Positions 1-13,930 of a stretch of 64,000 bases of DNA are shown piece by piece. Every line of letters starts with the position of its first letter. Within the stretch, counting starts at the first letter, position 1. The translations under genes were made by a program, and so were the position numbers. This DNA is from Lobosporangium transversale (lineage: Eukaryota), in assembly GCF_002105155.1 (NCBI RefSeq), contig NW_019028997.1, positions 496,001-560,000 on the forward strand, given 5' to 3'. The notes below the pieces were generated by a model. It searched no databases. It had not been told where the DNA came from and saw only the letters and a program-made list of their open reading frames with translations.

Positions 1-105
1 GCCAAGCGCAGTTGTCAGTAACCAAAGCGATGCATCCCTACAATATACACACATATATTTATATGACTACTCCTTGCTCTACCTGCATTTCAACCACAGT
101 TCCTC

Positions 106-139
<34 letters not shown>

Positions 140-689
140 CAAAAAAAGCCTCTTTAGTAAGAGAAAAGAAGCATTGCCCATCTTCCTTTCTACACAATGT
201 CATCTTTGCCCTTTAGAATGTTACCCTGGATTCTGTTATTAGGACTCATAGCGTAGCAGAAGTAAAGTATCAAAGTTCTCGGATAAAGAAACTGGAAGAG
301 GTTAGGGAGAGATGAAAAGAAAAAGAGAGGTCTTGATGTGTATGAAATTATAGAAGTTAAAAAGATGTGAAGAAGAAAAAGCTGTTGAAATACTTGTTTT
401 TCACTGAGGTCTTGAGGTCAATTGGTTTTTTTTTTTTTTGTGCATAAACGTTCATCCTTCGATCGCGCACGGAGAGAATAAAAACGATCGGAGGGACTGA
501 AGCCCGTGAGAACTTTTTTTTTTTTTTGCCTGCACCTTATACTCTCTCATAATTTATTTTTTATTCTTTTTCGATACTCGATAATCAAAGGTAACCAAGA
601 TCCCGTAATGAACTCCTTCCACCAATGCTTCGAGTTAATAAAAGATTTTTTTTTATTTTATTCCAGCTTTTTCAACTTGTTCTCTCTTT

Positions 690-935
690 TTACAACTTGC
701 GTTGTGTGTTTTTCTCACAGCTGTGCTCCAGATTATGTAGTGCTTCAACATCCTTGTCGCTGCCTTGATTTTCGATCTTGCGAATAGCTCCTGGATACAT
801 ATCCCAATCGGGTTGGTGTTCTTGGTTTGTGGTTTGCGCTGTTTGTGCTCCAGCTGCAGCTGCAGCTCCATTGTGGACTTGATCCTTGCCACTTACGGGA
901 CCTTGTTGAACCTTGTTGGATGAAGATGTGTCCAT
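690..935 (-). CDS. Small hypothetical protein (81 aa, Q/A/N-rich)
   Basis: ATG-initiated ORF with protein-like composition, downstream of KAE1 on the same strand. No recognisable domain. A GTGAG near its end could be a splice donor. Confidence 0.3.
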   Translation of the reverse strand: MDTSSSNKVQQGPVSGKDQVHNGAAAAAGAQTAQTTNQEHQPDWDMYPGAIRKIENQGSDKDVEALHNLEHSCEKNTQRKL

Positions 936-1308
936 GATGTGTAAATAGTATGGAATAGAGCTGGATAAAGATAGTGAACGGGTGTTTTTTTTTTTTTTTT
1001 TATCGTTATGAGTGTGTTATGAGGTTGTTTTTTTTTTTTTTTTTAAAAAAAAAAGAAGTAGCAAAAAGAAGAAGGAGGTCCATTGCTGCTATTTGTATGA
1101 TTTTTTTCCTCTCTTTCTCTTTCTCTTTCTCTTTCTCTTTCTCTTTCTCTTTCTCTCGGCATAGCTGCATACAACACCATTGTCTCACTCTATCGGCCTA
1201 CTTTCCTACTTCAGACACTATAATAGAAATATATAAATATATATTATTACATCACTGTTTATTCTATTGCAGTATGAAATCCTCCCTCTACATTTATTTA
1301 TTCTTCAT

Positions 1309-2085
1309 TTAGTCTCTCCACGCTACAAACACCTCGTCTGTCCTGAACCGTTGTGTACACCATGTCTTCTCCAAGGGAGTTGTATACCCAGTTTGATAAG
1401 CAAGAATACCTGCCTGTGCGATCATGATCCCATTATCAATACAAAACCTCTCATCTGTCGCAAACACTTTCCCATCACGCTGACTAGCCATCTGCGACAT
1501 CATCTCCTGTAATCTCATATTACATCCAACTCCTCCCACAATCAACACCTCCTTCGAACCAATGTGCGCCATCGCTCTCTCCGTTGTCTCCACCAACATC
1601 GCAAAAAGTGTTTCCTGTAATGAAAAACATAGATCGGCCTCTGTATATTCTCCAGATGCCAAAAGCGCCGGTGCGTTCGTCTCGATATAGGATAACACCC
1701 CGCTGAAGGATACGTCCATACCCTTGACTGTGTAGGGCAGATCAATCAATTTGGAACCCTTCTTTGCCAATTGTTCTACATTATAACCTGGTGCAGGATC
1801 GTTTGGTAAACCAAGGACTCTGGCGAACCGATCAATGCAGTTTCCGACCGCGATATCCAATGCCTCTCCAAAGATCCTATACCGTTTATCTGCGTAAGCA
1901 ATCACCTGTGTGTTCCCTCCAGAGACATAGAGCACTACAGGATTTTCTGCCCCTGTGATCTGACGGCCCATTTCAATGTCTAATTTTTTTTTGTTTTTGG
2001 GCGATAAAATATAAGGATGCAAAGAAAGTGATCAACAAACATGCGCTTTCTGGCCACTTTTTCACATGCACGTGTATATACCAGC

Positions 2086-2123
<38 letters not shown>

Positions 2124-2510
2124 GAAGGAGAGGAGAAGTAAAAAAAACTTACGTCCAACACAGTGATTGACACCCACGAGTTCTTTATTCCACATCAATG
2201 CCAATGTCCTAGCCACGGTTGCTACGCTCGTCAGAGGCCCTCCCATACCAGGCCCCTTTGTGAAGCAAATGACATCGATATCCTTTGGCGTGATATTTGC
2301 TTCTGCCATCGCGTTCTTGATCAACTCTATGATAAAGGTACGATGGTGTAGTGCCGTGTCCTTGGGTAAGAACCCTTCACCCGGTGGAGGGTGATATGTG
2401 TGGCGAACATTCGAGAGGATAGTCACGGTCGGTGGTGTGGTCGACATGTCATGTTTAATCAATCCAACACCCAATTTATTAGCGCTTCCTTCAAGTCCCA
2501 ATGCGATCAT
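1309..2510 (-). CDS. KAE1: tRNA N6-adenosine threonylcarbamoyltransferase Kae1/OSGEP (KEOPS complex), 2 exons: 2510-2153, 1979-1309 (342 aa)
   Basis: Motifs [31 protein letters not shown] (restored across a GTAAG...TTAG intron), [23 protein letters not shown] and RFRTDEV. Confidence 0.97.
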
Positions 2511-2871
2511 GGTATATAAATCTTGATAATTAAAGGTCGGCGGTGATTTCTCTTTTTTTCCCTTTTTTTTTTTTTTTTGAAGAGTTGAATTGAATGACGA
2601 GAGGTGATGGCAGCTGTGCAATTTGTTCACAAGATTAAGGTATCAAGGTTACATTACCTAGTCCAGTCCAGGCAGGCTAGATGCACTAAGCCACTTGAGT
2701 CTTAAATCGGCACACAAAAAATAAGGTTTGATATTCTTTCAGACCCTGAAGATTTTTATTTTACTCCTTCACAGCACCTATCTTACTATGAAGGCTTTTG
2801 TATATTTCCCTTCCAAGTCTTACCAAAGCACGCGTCTATCTAGACGTTTGTTTGAGGGGAGGGTGGAGTTT

Positions 2872-3011
2872 TGTTGCAGTCATTTTAATGGATTTTTACT
2901 ATAGTTAGGATCTTTACCTCCCCCCTCTTTTATTTAACGAAGATCCCTGGACCATAATAAACCAAATCTTTCTTTCGTTTTCGTTACTTTTTATGACCCT
3001 GGCATGTTTCG
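2872..3011. mobile_element. Degenerate copy of a ~140-bp solo LTR (same family as 42267-42405)
   Basis: Aligns by eye along its whole length with 42267-42405 (TGTTGC...TTTATTTAACGAAGATCCC...TCTTTCTTTCGTT...GGCATGTTTC). It ends CG instead of CA and has no clear TSD. Confidence 0.55.
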
Positions 3012-3382
3012 TTGACATCGATAGCATGAATGGGCTCTTTACAAGGTCTTGAAGACTGGAGATCATTTTTGCGAGTACGTCGGTAGTTCTCTGCTTACCA
3101 CATTGGATCCATCGCTTCGATATATTGTTTGATCCTATAGAAAATATTTAACATGGATACACACCTATCCATGTCGCTCGTAGAAAGATCCGTAGTTATG
3201 CTTTTGCTTTGTCCTTGATAAATCTAATAAAGCTCCAATAAATACTTTATGGGTATGGTATGTATGCTCTCATCTTACTCCCACATGTTTTACTACAGTG
3301 CCGCTCATCTAGTCCCATTGTTTTTGAAGTGGTATTGACTACCATTTTGGCGTACATCGATCATCCTCTCTTTCAAAAGGAA

Positions 3383-3872
3383 AAAATAAAATAAAATAAA
3401 ATAAAATAAAAAATAAAATAAAATAAAATAAAATAAAATAAAATAAAATAAAATAAAATAAAATAAAAAATAAAATAAAATAAAATAAAATAAAATAAAA
3501 TAAAATAAAATAAAATAAAATAAAAAATAAAATAAAATAAAATAAAATAAAATAAAATAAAATAAAATAAAATAAAATAAAATAAAATAAAATAAAATAA
3601 AATAAAATAAAATAAAATAAAATAAAATAAAATAAAATAAAATAAAATAAAATAAAATAAAATAAAATAAAATAAAATAAAATAAAATAAAATAAAATAA
3701 AATAAAATAAAATAAAATAAAATAAAATAAAAAATAAAATAAAATAAAATAAAATAAAATAAAATAAAATAAAATAAAATAAAATAAAATAAAATAAAAT
3801 AAAATAAAATAAAATAAAAAATAAAATAAAATAAAATAAAATAAAATAAAATAAAATAAAATAAAATAAAAT
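3383..3872. repeat. (AAAAT)n microsatellite, ~490 bp
   Basis: Directly visible pentamer tandem array with occasional extra A residues. Confidence 0.98.
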
Positions 3873-5398
3873 AGATCTTTTCTTTCATGTATCTTGTGTG
3901 TATCTTTAGAAAAAAAAAAAGATGGTGTGCTCTCGGCAGTACACCAGACCAAAATGTGGTCACATATCTAAAAGACTACAAAAGCCCGTGCCCAAAGGCT
4001 TTCAAATTCAGTGAACATTATGAGTCTTCGAAAATAAGCAAGGAAATGCTCCCTAGACATGGATGCATATCGAAAAATATGTGTCTAGCCATGTTGTTGA
4101 ACAGCAGGTAAATAAAAATACAAACCCGGTGGTTGCGTCGGTGATTTACCAATCATATTTCAGTCATTGCAAGAACGCGTTGTAAAAGAAGAATAACAAT
4201 TCGATCTCCCCCTTTTTTAATTTTTGATGAACGGCACTATACTTGTCTACTTGACTGCCCAAAACCTTTCATCTCATCGTAGCGCATCGTGCCCTTCCAG
4301 AGCTTGAGAAGTTAGCCGCAGAGAGGGAGTGCACCGCATCATATGCCTGTCCAACTCTCCACGCCAACCTTTTTGTTGGGAGTATCTTTGATTTCGATTT
4401 GCAAAGAGTATCAGTGAGAGGGTTTCCCACAAGTACACCATAATGCCTCAACAGCCGTGCTTGATAGGACTAAAGCGAGTAGGAAAGGAGCAATCAGCTT
4501 CATTGTAGAAATGCGAAGTTTTTCTTTTCTTTTCTTTTTTCTTTTTTTTTGAGTCAAGAAGAAAACAAGTAATGTTGAGATAAGAAGAGGGTAGGTTGTC
4601 TGGATATAGTTATATGAGAGGTCTTCCTGGGAGTAGAGCCGGCTTTATATAAATAATGGGCGTCTTGTGTGACCCGGGTACGAGTAAAAGGGCAGAGAAC
4701 TGAAGAGACAAAGCAAATAATATGTAAAGGGAACTCGGGGAATAAATACAAGGAGTACGAGAAAGGAATGCTTGAATGTCGTGTATAAAGAAAAAGAAAA
4801 AGGGTAGGAATTCAAGCTATCCAGTAAAGAACCAAAGCGCCACGAGAGGAAAAAAAAAAGAGGAGATCAACTATTACATTACGCTAGCAGGGCTTGAGTT
4901 GACGTTTATTGCTTTTTCGTAATAAGCTCATAGAGGGATCAGAATCGTATTTTGCCTCATCATAGTCTCCTTCCGAGAAATTGATTATTTCATCCATGAT
5001 AATGGTACCATAAGAACCTCGTCCTTGGACTCTCTTGAAAAACTGGGTAAAGAATGACCTGGGCATTGGAATATTGAAGGTTAACGTGGCTCTACATATC
5101 TCCATACCATACCAGAGAGAAGGATCCCTAGAGTGAAAGATCCTTTGAGAAAGGGAGAATAAAAAATCTCAAGAAATAGTATGAATGGAAATGTTGCGTT
5201 TTATGTCAACACATTCTGTTCATTCTGCTGCAGATTACTGGCAATAGTTTGAATGTCCTCATCACAAAAGGTTGTAGTTGCAAACATCGCAATATGTATA
5301 GTACGGCAATGAAAAGTTTAACAAGATTAATGCCTCGGAAATAGAGGACAAAGACGATAGTAACAACATCTCATTTACCGAATCTGGACTCCCAAATC

Positions 5399-5923
5399 GC
5401 TAAGCTCAATGATGAGAACAAAAATTTCATATCTTTTGGACGTTGATGACGCTTCCCCACTGCTTCCTCGGAGCTGTCCAAGTCATAAGATCGGAACATT
5501 TGACGGCTTTAATGCTTTCTCAAATGCTACAAGGTCAGCTTCGGACCGACCCCAGTTGAATGCGATGTCTAACTCATAGACACAACTTGCATTGGCCAAA
5601 GCAAGGAAGAGTTCTTCAGCTCTTATACTGGATCCCAATTCGATTACTAGTTTGCCAAGACGCTTACTGTATTTGCCACTATTCATCCCAATTACATTTT
5701 CGAGTGCTTTCTGATCTTCCTCTTTATACCTCGTTTCGGTTGTGCTCCTTTACAAGTTGTCAAGTACCTTACCTTTACCGCTAGTTCGAAGGAATGTGTT
5801 CGCTTTTTGAAGATTGGCCCCTTCAAGCGCTTCACAGTCATCGGCTGTGTCAATATTACTCAAAACTGCATTTAATAGAGAGCGCTTTCATGTAGTCGAG
5901 TGATTTATCGATATAAGCATTGA
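5399..5923 (-). pseudogene. Degenerate central fragment of the LRR-family gene (paralogue of 10250-12418 and 15690-18317)
   Basis: Translates to DKSLDYMKALS, EALEGA and GKYSKRLGKLVIELGS...YELDIAFNWGRSEADLVAFEKALK, matching the paralogues. It is broken by frameshifts and deletions. Confidence 0.8.
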
Positions 5924-6039
5924 CTAGATTTGGGATACATCCATTATATCCTTTGGTGGAGGATCAAACCCTTGTTGGAAGTTTAAAATGGCATTATGGC
6001 GACTATGCATGGCATCTTGTATCACAATAGCTGAAAGCA

Positions 6040-6955
6040 TGGTCAAGGCTAATGCAGTTTTGGTCACTTTGGACTTGAGGGACAACCAGATTAAGAAGGA
6101 AGGGGTTATGGCATTGTTAGATGCGCTCAAGGTTAGTACGATTTTGACCAGTTTGGGCCTCTGAACACCCCAGTTATGGGACGACTATCGGGTAGGGGTG
6201 TGGCAAGTTCATACTTAAAGGATAGCTCAATTGAGAACGAAGGAGCCCTCGCGATCTCAGAGACACTCAAGGTTAACACGACTTTGGCAAATTTGAACTT
6301 GGAGTACAACAAAATTGGGAATGAAGGAGCCTTCGCACTCTCAGAGGTGCTTAAGACTAACACGACTTTGACCATAATGTACTTGGGGAACAAAAAAATT
6401 GGGAATCAAGGAATCCTCGCATTCTCAGACGCACTCAAGGTCAACCAGACTCTGACAAGTTTGAACTTGATTTGGAACTCAATTGGCAAGGAAAGAGCCT
6501 TCGCACTCTCAGAAGCGCTCAAGACCAACAAGGCTTTGACAAATCTGAGCCTGTGGAATAACTCAATCGGGAACGAAGGAGCCCTAGCACTTTCAGAAAC
6601 ACTCAAGGTCAATACGGCGTTGACAAGTTTAGACTTGGGGAGTAACTTGATTGGGAAGAAAGGAGCCCTCGCACTCTCAGAGGTACTCAAGGTCAACACG
6701 ACCTTGACAGATTTGAGCTTGGGGGATAACAAAGTAGGGAACGGAGGGGCCATCGCATTCTCAGAGGCGCTCAAAACCAACAAGGCTTTGACAAATTTGA
6801 ACTTGTTTCGGAACTTAATTGGGAATGAGGGAGCTCCCGTACTTTTAGAGGTACTCAAGATCAACATCGCTTTGACAAGGTTGGAATTGAGTCATATGTT
6901 AATCGCGAAGGAAGTATCTCTGGCAATATCAGAGACACTCAGAACCAGGCACTAA
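6040..6955 (+). pseudogene. RNI-like leucine-rich-repeat array (28-aa repeats), detached C-terminal part of an LRR-family gene
   Basis: About 10 repeats of LSEALKxNxTLTxLxLxxNxIGNEGALA. There is no upstream N-terminal domain on this strand. Confidence 0.85.
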
Positions 6956-9900
6956 ACAGGACACAGCTTTGAGTACATTTATTTTACGTTATCTCTAAAA
7001 TAAAAAAATAAAAAAAAAATAAAAAAACACAATTGAGAATAAAAATAAAATTAAAAATAAAAATGCGCGAAATGAGACATGTGTAATTTTTTCTCCCGCT
7101 CTATTTTGTTTACATGAGTGAAAAGCTATTGCCTGCAGCCTAAGGAACCAACATACTTTGGTTGGAAGAAAGACTTCATAAGCCGCCAGGCTTCTTCCTG
7201 CATCCAGAAGCTGAGTCGATCCTCCTGGGAGATCTCAGATAGGTTGGCCCTTCAAGGTGACCACTTCATGGAAGATAAGATGCTGTTGTTGTTGTTATTG
7301 TTGTTTATTTACAGTAATATCAGCATTGTTTCCATTTTATCTACTGCCGCCACGCGTTTTGTGTCGTCCATTCTCGAATCGTACATCGCCTGCGATGACG
7401 CCTGATCCTGGTCACTGGCTTTGAATACTACCGAATTAACCCTATCGGACATAGTATAGCACTAATGATCCCTTCTTAGCTCCTTCAGGCAAAAAAGGTC
7501 TTTATCTAGGATGTCATGGAGGCACAAGGGGTTTTATGAAAGTCTATATTGAGCTGGCATAATAAGGGGTCAAGTTGAAATAAAACCATGCACAATTTTG
7601 GCGTATATAGATGGGGGCTTTATTTGTTACGAGTATGGCCTGTGCCTATATACATAGATAGGTTCCTAAGTAATAAAAAGAAAAGTTGACTGATAGGTTA
7701 CCTTGGACTCATTTTTTTTGTATGTTAGTGTATGGCGCCTTAAGACTAGAAGACTAGAAGGGATTTTTACAAAATTTGCCCCGCTCTTGGTTATTGCTCG
7801 CCAATACTGTACAATTGGGTAACCTCAGCTCTGTGGTATCTGCTGGTATCGAGCTAATTGTCTGTTGAGAGATTCGTTGAAGAGCTGAATTGGAAAAATA
7901 GCCTTTATCTTCGTTTGATGGCTAGTCACTTTGACTTCATATCTGTCTTCAGCATAAACACGTTCTATGCAATCGCGACTGTAGTATGTAAGAATATATA
8001 GGGCTTTAAGTGTTGCTATGCCAAATCTAACAAAAAGCAGAAGGTCGAACCCTTCAAGATTCACCGCCAAAAAAAAAAAAAAAAAAAAAAAAAATACACA
8101 CACAAACTGGACTCAATAAATACGTATAATATGTTTCTCATGGTGAGTATATATTGTCTCTGTTTTCTTTTATTACAAAGTCATTCATTACAGGCCAAGG
8201 AGGACCTTGGAGCTTCACAGGCGTAGAGATGAGCATAAAAGAAAAACTGCTTTGAAAAATGTATGGATAAAAAAAATATGTATTAGGTTGTATAGTTTTT
8301 CAAATTTGCTCATTCATGTTGCAAAGAAAGAACATGACTACAAAAGGCTTTACCTAACCACATTGAACCTGCCGCACTCATGGCCCTTATGGAGCCTTCA
8401 CAATTAGTATAAAAGCACTCTACTCATCAGTGTACTAGTCTAGGACAGACATTAATGAATACTACACATTCTTGAACTCCAAATGACTGTGGCTATTTCC
8501 AATAGAGGTTATAAATAGGGATAGCAGTGAGGGGTTCCCGTGCTGATAATTCAGGTAGTTATAGTATCGATAGTACTGAATGTAACTAATAGTGCCATAC
8601 CGATACTAGACATGCGATCCGTGGCTCTTCTCACAGCCACATCAGTCCAGTTCCAGTAATCTACGCATCAAGACCCTACACATCACTAAAGATTCTTGCA
8701 GTTCCACTTTCTTCTCCACTTCCATTATGTCCTAACGTATTCCAGGTGCACCTGGCAAGCCCCTGCATAAGCCTGACTTCGCCTCAACGTTTACTGACAA
8801 CTCAAAATGTTATGAATTGAGCCCTTCTCAGTCTATGCCACCATCATAACACGAGAAGCTTGTGGCTAGAGTGAGGCCATCAAGTGAATGATACGTTATG
8901 TAAGCAAGCATATCACTTTTGTACTTGTTCTTTAACGCGATTGCGATGGATGCTGCTGAGCCACAATGATGATCATATATATCAAGACCTGCCCTTTACT
9001 GCTTGGGCATGAGCTGTACAAATATGAAGCTGGTGGTCCTTTAGAAATGTGTAAAGAGAAGAACAATGACTTTTAAAAGACTGGCGGCTGTTTCTATCTA
9101 ATGTAGGTCTTCAATCCTTCTTACTCTAGGCGCTTCCGGATACATTCGAGATGGGCATAGGCATAAACATGGGGCCTTTACTTGATTCGATCAACTGATA
9201 TCCGTAGCAAAGTGTTATAATTTGACTTGTGATTAAATTACTTTGTAGTTCACCGCTTAGTTGGTATCTAGATGTCAACAAAAGAGCCCACAGTATCCCT
9301 TGACAATTTGATGAGTCATTGACACTAATCCTGCAGAGACCTTGAGTAGCTCTGGCTCCTTTTCTAACGATATGCTTCCACCTGCAAAAAGAACATCCCA
9401 TCATGAGGTTGCAGCTGGCTGTAAATGTAAGGTCAAATGATACTTAAGGAATTGACAATATTGAAGAGTGACAAACAAGAACAAACGACTTAGGGTACTA
9501 TATGAACTATCTATAATACAACACACAGCTATACGTAGGAGAGACCACCCATTTAGCGCACCTGTCTTGCGACCATTTATAATAAAGCTTTTGGCCAAAG
9601 GACCTCACTCCTACCGACTATGGCCTCATTAGAGAACATCACTTTTTAGTTCTCTTCTGTCTAACTTTAGGCGGTCCTTACCGGAGTGACATCCCACAAC
9701 GGCCTACTCCTTCGTTAGGACCCTACTTTGACTGGCACACACACTTCTAGATGTCTCTGGCACTTATATTCTCTTTGGTACTCTTTGCATCTGATTCAGC
9801 AAGCGTCCCATCGTATTTTCTCTTAGTCTCCCTTGGGGCTAATAAATAGAAAACCCAAATTCCCTTGGACACTTTTCTTTGATGCTCACACGTCTCTCTG

Positions 9901-10249
9901 TCTTTATAATGCATTTGATGGCCATATTTGGTTTGCCTTTAGAGAGAGCTGCTACAAAAAGGATGAGCTTTCAATAATCCTCGGATGCTAGAGCCATTTA
10001 GCAAGCGAGGGGAGGAGGAATCGATCAAAAAAAAAAAAAAAAAAAAAAAAAAAGCAGCGCTGCTACGGACGCTTAGCTGCCGTAAGTCAGCTTTTAATCC
10101 AAAATAAACTACTATCCGTAACCACTAAAGACCTCATCACTACTTCAATGATCAAACCAATCAACTAAATCAGAAAATGACTCAACGCCAGCCAATAATA
10201 AGCGGCATTAACAGCACCAGAGTTATTTACTTATCGATTAAAGCATTCC

Positions 10250-12418
10250 TCATACAGAAACCTTCAAAGCCATGTTTTTCTTGAGTGCCTCTGACAGTGC
10301 CAGAGCTCCTTCATTCCCAATTGAGTTGTGACTGACGTTCAAATTAGTCAGACTGGTGTTTGTCTTGAGTGCCTCTGACAGTGCCAGAGCCCCTTCATTC
10401 CCAATTGAGTTGTTCCATAAGTTCAATTTGGTCAGACAGGAGTTTGTCTTGAGTGCCTTTGACAGTGCCAGAGCTCCTTCATTCCCAATTGAGTTCCAAG
10501 TCAAGTCCAAATCGGTCAGACTGGTGTTTGTCTTGAGTGCCTCTGACAGTGCCAGAGCTCCTTCATTCCCAATTGAGTTGTATCGTAAGTCCAAATTGGT
10601 CAGACTGGTGTTTGTCTTGAGTGCCTCTGACAGTGCCAGAGCTCCTTCATCCCCAATTGAGTTGTACCGCAAGTTTAAATTGGTCAAACTGGTGTTTGTC
10701 CTGAGTACCTTGGAAAGTGCGAGAGTCTCTTTATTCCCAATCGAGTTAGATGCTAAGTCCAAAGTGACCAAAACCTCGAGTGAGTTTATAAGCCGTCGAA
10801 AATCACTAGCTCTCATGCTTCGAAGCCTCATCCCAAAGGATAACTTGCAAAGGTGTGACGATTTTACGCTTTGTAGATTGGAAAGATATTTGACATCCGG
10901 AGGAAGCACAACATGAATCGTTTTCATATTGTTAAGTTCTATGATGCCTACAAGTTTTACATATCGTGTTGAAAATAGGTTCCTGGCTATGCTTTCTTGA
11001 GATTCTCCAAGGTCAAGTCGAAGGATCGATACACTCGATACTCTCAGTGCATTCTTCAGTCCTTCCAGATCAGTCTTGGTCCAGTCCCAGTACTTGCTGA
11101 ATGTGATCTCCAACTCGTAAATATGTTTAGCTTTGGTCAAGGCTTCGAAGAACTCTCTAGCTCTGATCCTAGATTCCAACTCAATGACCACTTTACCGAG
11201 CTGTGAGTCATATTTGCCTTCATTCATCTCCACAACATCTTCAAACGCTCTCTGTTCTTTCTCTTTATATGTTGAGCGATAGTGATCGACACAAACCCAT
11301 TTGACATGGCCTGCTTCTGTCGTGATCCTGTACAAGTTGCCAAGCTGCCTGTTTTCATCATTGGTTTGAAGGAATTTGCTCAGTCCTCGGAGATCTGCTC
11401 CTTCAAGTGCTTCGTAGTCCTCGATTGTGTTGATGTCTTTCAGGGCCGGATACTCCACAGAAAGTGCTCTCATATAGTCGAGTGAATAATCAATACCGGC
11501 TTTGAGATTTGGGACTGACCCAAGCGAGGCAGCCAAAGGCATCCCTACGCTGAGGCACTGTAAAAGGATGATCATGTATTTCCCATACTTTTGAAAGAAC
11601 TCTGTGCTGTTTCGGATCTCATATCCTTCATGTCTGGCAAGATGAGTTTTGTTCTTCTGGCTGTCCTTGCTTGCCTTTTCAGAGCGATCCTCGCATTCAC
11701 ATAGGAAGTGAAGGCGAACCTTGTTCCTCAAGACATTCATTGGATCCCATTTGGTGCTGTCAACAGGCAGAATGATAAAGAGTCGAGGAATTGGATACTC
11801 GTGTAGCTCAAAGGTCTGGACAAGGATAGCATCAGCTTTCTGTTGAAGGATGGCAAGTCTGTCAAGGGCTTGATGCTGCAGTTTAACCGTCTCCGATTGC
11901 ATTTTAGGGGTTTCTATCACTAACTCCTTAATCTCTTCCAAGCTTTGAGCAGTAACAGATGGGTTCTGAGAGACTAAATTATCCGAGTCTCTCGACGTTG
12001 GCAAATGGACAATGGCGTTGCTGCTACTGTTGCTTTCGCTGTTGCTACTACTGGACTGTGATACTTCCGCAATGACGTCTAGGATCTTGTCAGGATAGAA
12101 TGCAATGCGCAAAGGCTCGATCCTATTAGAAAAAAAGACGTGCCAAATTGTCAAATTGGGTTCTTTTTATTTTTCAGAGCAATTGACAAAGTCGCCATAA
12201 TTATAAATAATTTACCAGGTGCCGTTATGGTCTGCAAGGAATGGAACAGGATGCCCATCAAGTTTGAATCGGAGCGCACCTGGAAACACTTGTTGAATGT
12301 CTTGCAAAGTCACACAGTGCGACAAGTTGCCATTGCTTGTGGAGATGGAGGCAGTTCTGACACAAACTTCCTCAATGAGGTTGTTGTATCGGAATTGTTG
12401 GTATTGAGGTTCTGTCAT
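10250..12418 (-). CDS. LRR-family protein (~691 aa): uncharacterised N-terminal/central domains plus RNI/NLRC3-like 28-aa LRRs; exons 12418-12216, 12122-10250
   Basis: A GTAAA...AATAG intron restores NGTW-IEPLRIAFYPD. The frame is open to the stop. Motifs FELHEYPIPRLFIILP, RLHFLCEC and KWVCVDHY are followed by ~6 LRRs (NSIGNEGALALSEALKTNTSLTNL). Confidence 0.88.
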
Positions 12419-13027
12419 TTCGGTGGTGATTCAAGGGATGATGACAAGATGAAGAAAAGAGAAAAAGTTGTCTCATTTCTCAATGTTAGGAGATGCTAGT
12501 TGATTGTTTTTCAGCTTAGCCTCTTAAAGTGGCAGGGCTGGGAAAATTATGCATGAATCCAATGGCTGTGTTTTATTAGGACCAGCAATTAATGGTTTGC
12601 CTCCTACTATGATTAAAGTCCGATGATACGATCGAGAGTGGCGAGTACAGAAGTGAAGTCAACCTGTAAAAAAACGCGTCTCGAGCTACCAGTATGAACA
12701 GCACAGCCATAACAGCGCACCACACTTGGGTGGTCAGTGAACCTATGCATTTTTGCCATTTACTGTCTAGTAATTTGGATCCAGGTTGGGTTTCGCTCGA
12801 GTACATATTTAATGCACGAGCGCTGTCAAGGTCATTGAACAGTATGCTTCAAGGCACATCTCCCGGAAGAATCACTGTAAAGGAGAACTCTCCTATCCGT
12901 CCACTAAGGTGTGGTGTGTGGCTATGATCGATCATCTTGGCTTTAGCACGACTGACCCATGCGAACTTTGTTTGTTAAAAAAAGAGAGATGATTAATCTT
13001 TTACAAATGCCTTTAGGATAATTTAGG

Positions 13028-13103
13028 GGTAAGTTACTTACTGATATTTTACTTTCATCGGTAAGTCACTTACTGATATTTTACTTTCATTGGTAAGTTA
13101 CTT
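13028..13103. repeat. 32-bp tandem repeat (~2.4 copies) containing a GTAAGT-N-ACTTAC palindrome
   Basis: GTAAGT recurs at 13029, 13061 and 13093 with near-identical intervening sequence. Confidence 0.8.
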
Positions 13104-13897
13104 GGGTAATGTTTGTGAAACGTGATCAGTATATTTTACTGCAAGCAGGTGTGTGCGGTACATCAGTACGAGTCACTGGTGGCAACTAATATGTAATTAA
13201 TTGGGTTCTTGAATAGGTTTCTTAGTCATCAAAGAGGGCTCATAATCGACCTTCCTGCTCCTGACGTCAGATGCTTTGTTACCAAATTGTTCTTCTACTT
13301 CTTTCCAATCCTCTCGTGTCGAGCTTGATCCAAGTTCGCCAATACGCACTGTGATATTACCGCCATATAAAATACACACTATCCCACGCCAAACTAAGCA
13401 TCTTCATGCCCAGAAGCCGTTGGGATATTTTGAAGATATTCAATCTCAGGACATCTATTATATACATATGTATTAGTATCAATTCATACTCATAAATTCC
13501 AAAGGAAAACCGTTAGACTCACTAATACACTACTACATTAATAAACTTACAAAAACTCCATTATACGGATGATTTTCAGTTCTTCATATTTGGCCTCTGC
13601 AATATCAAAGGGCCATCCACTATCCTCTTCAGCTTCTAAGTGGATGCGCCTGCTATAACAGTATCGACGGAGATGTCGTGTACTTATGTCATAGCCAAGT
13701 TTCTTGATCAGTATATCAAATATAGCCTGTTGCCTTTCAGGAACAGAGAAAAAATCTTCTTGTCGAAACATATCAGCAATGTCCTTGAAATTAGAGCACG
13801 ACTCTTCATGGGCATCATCGATAGTATTTATGATCCCGCTAAGAGCGGTATTGATATAAAAGATGAAATAAGTAGGTCAACTTTAAACCAGTAGTAT

Positions 13898-13930
<33 letters not shown>

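Noticed and set aside
3305..3963. FYFIL-repeat ORFs of ~200 aa
   Set aside because: These are translations of the (AAAAT)n microsatellite.
2751..5400. Starship-type captain recombinase at the island's left end
   Set aside because: No such ORF is visible.
8500..9950. Possible LINE/retroelement relics
   Set aside because: Coding-like composition, but no motif I can support.
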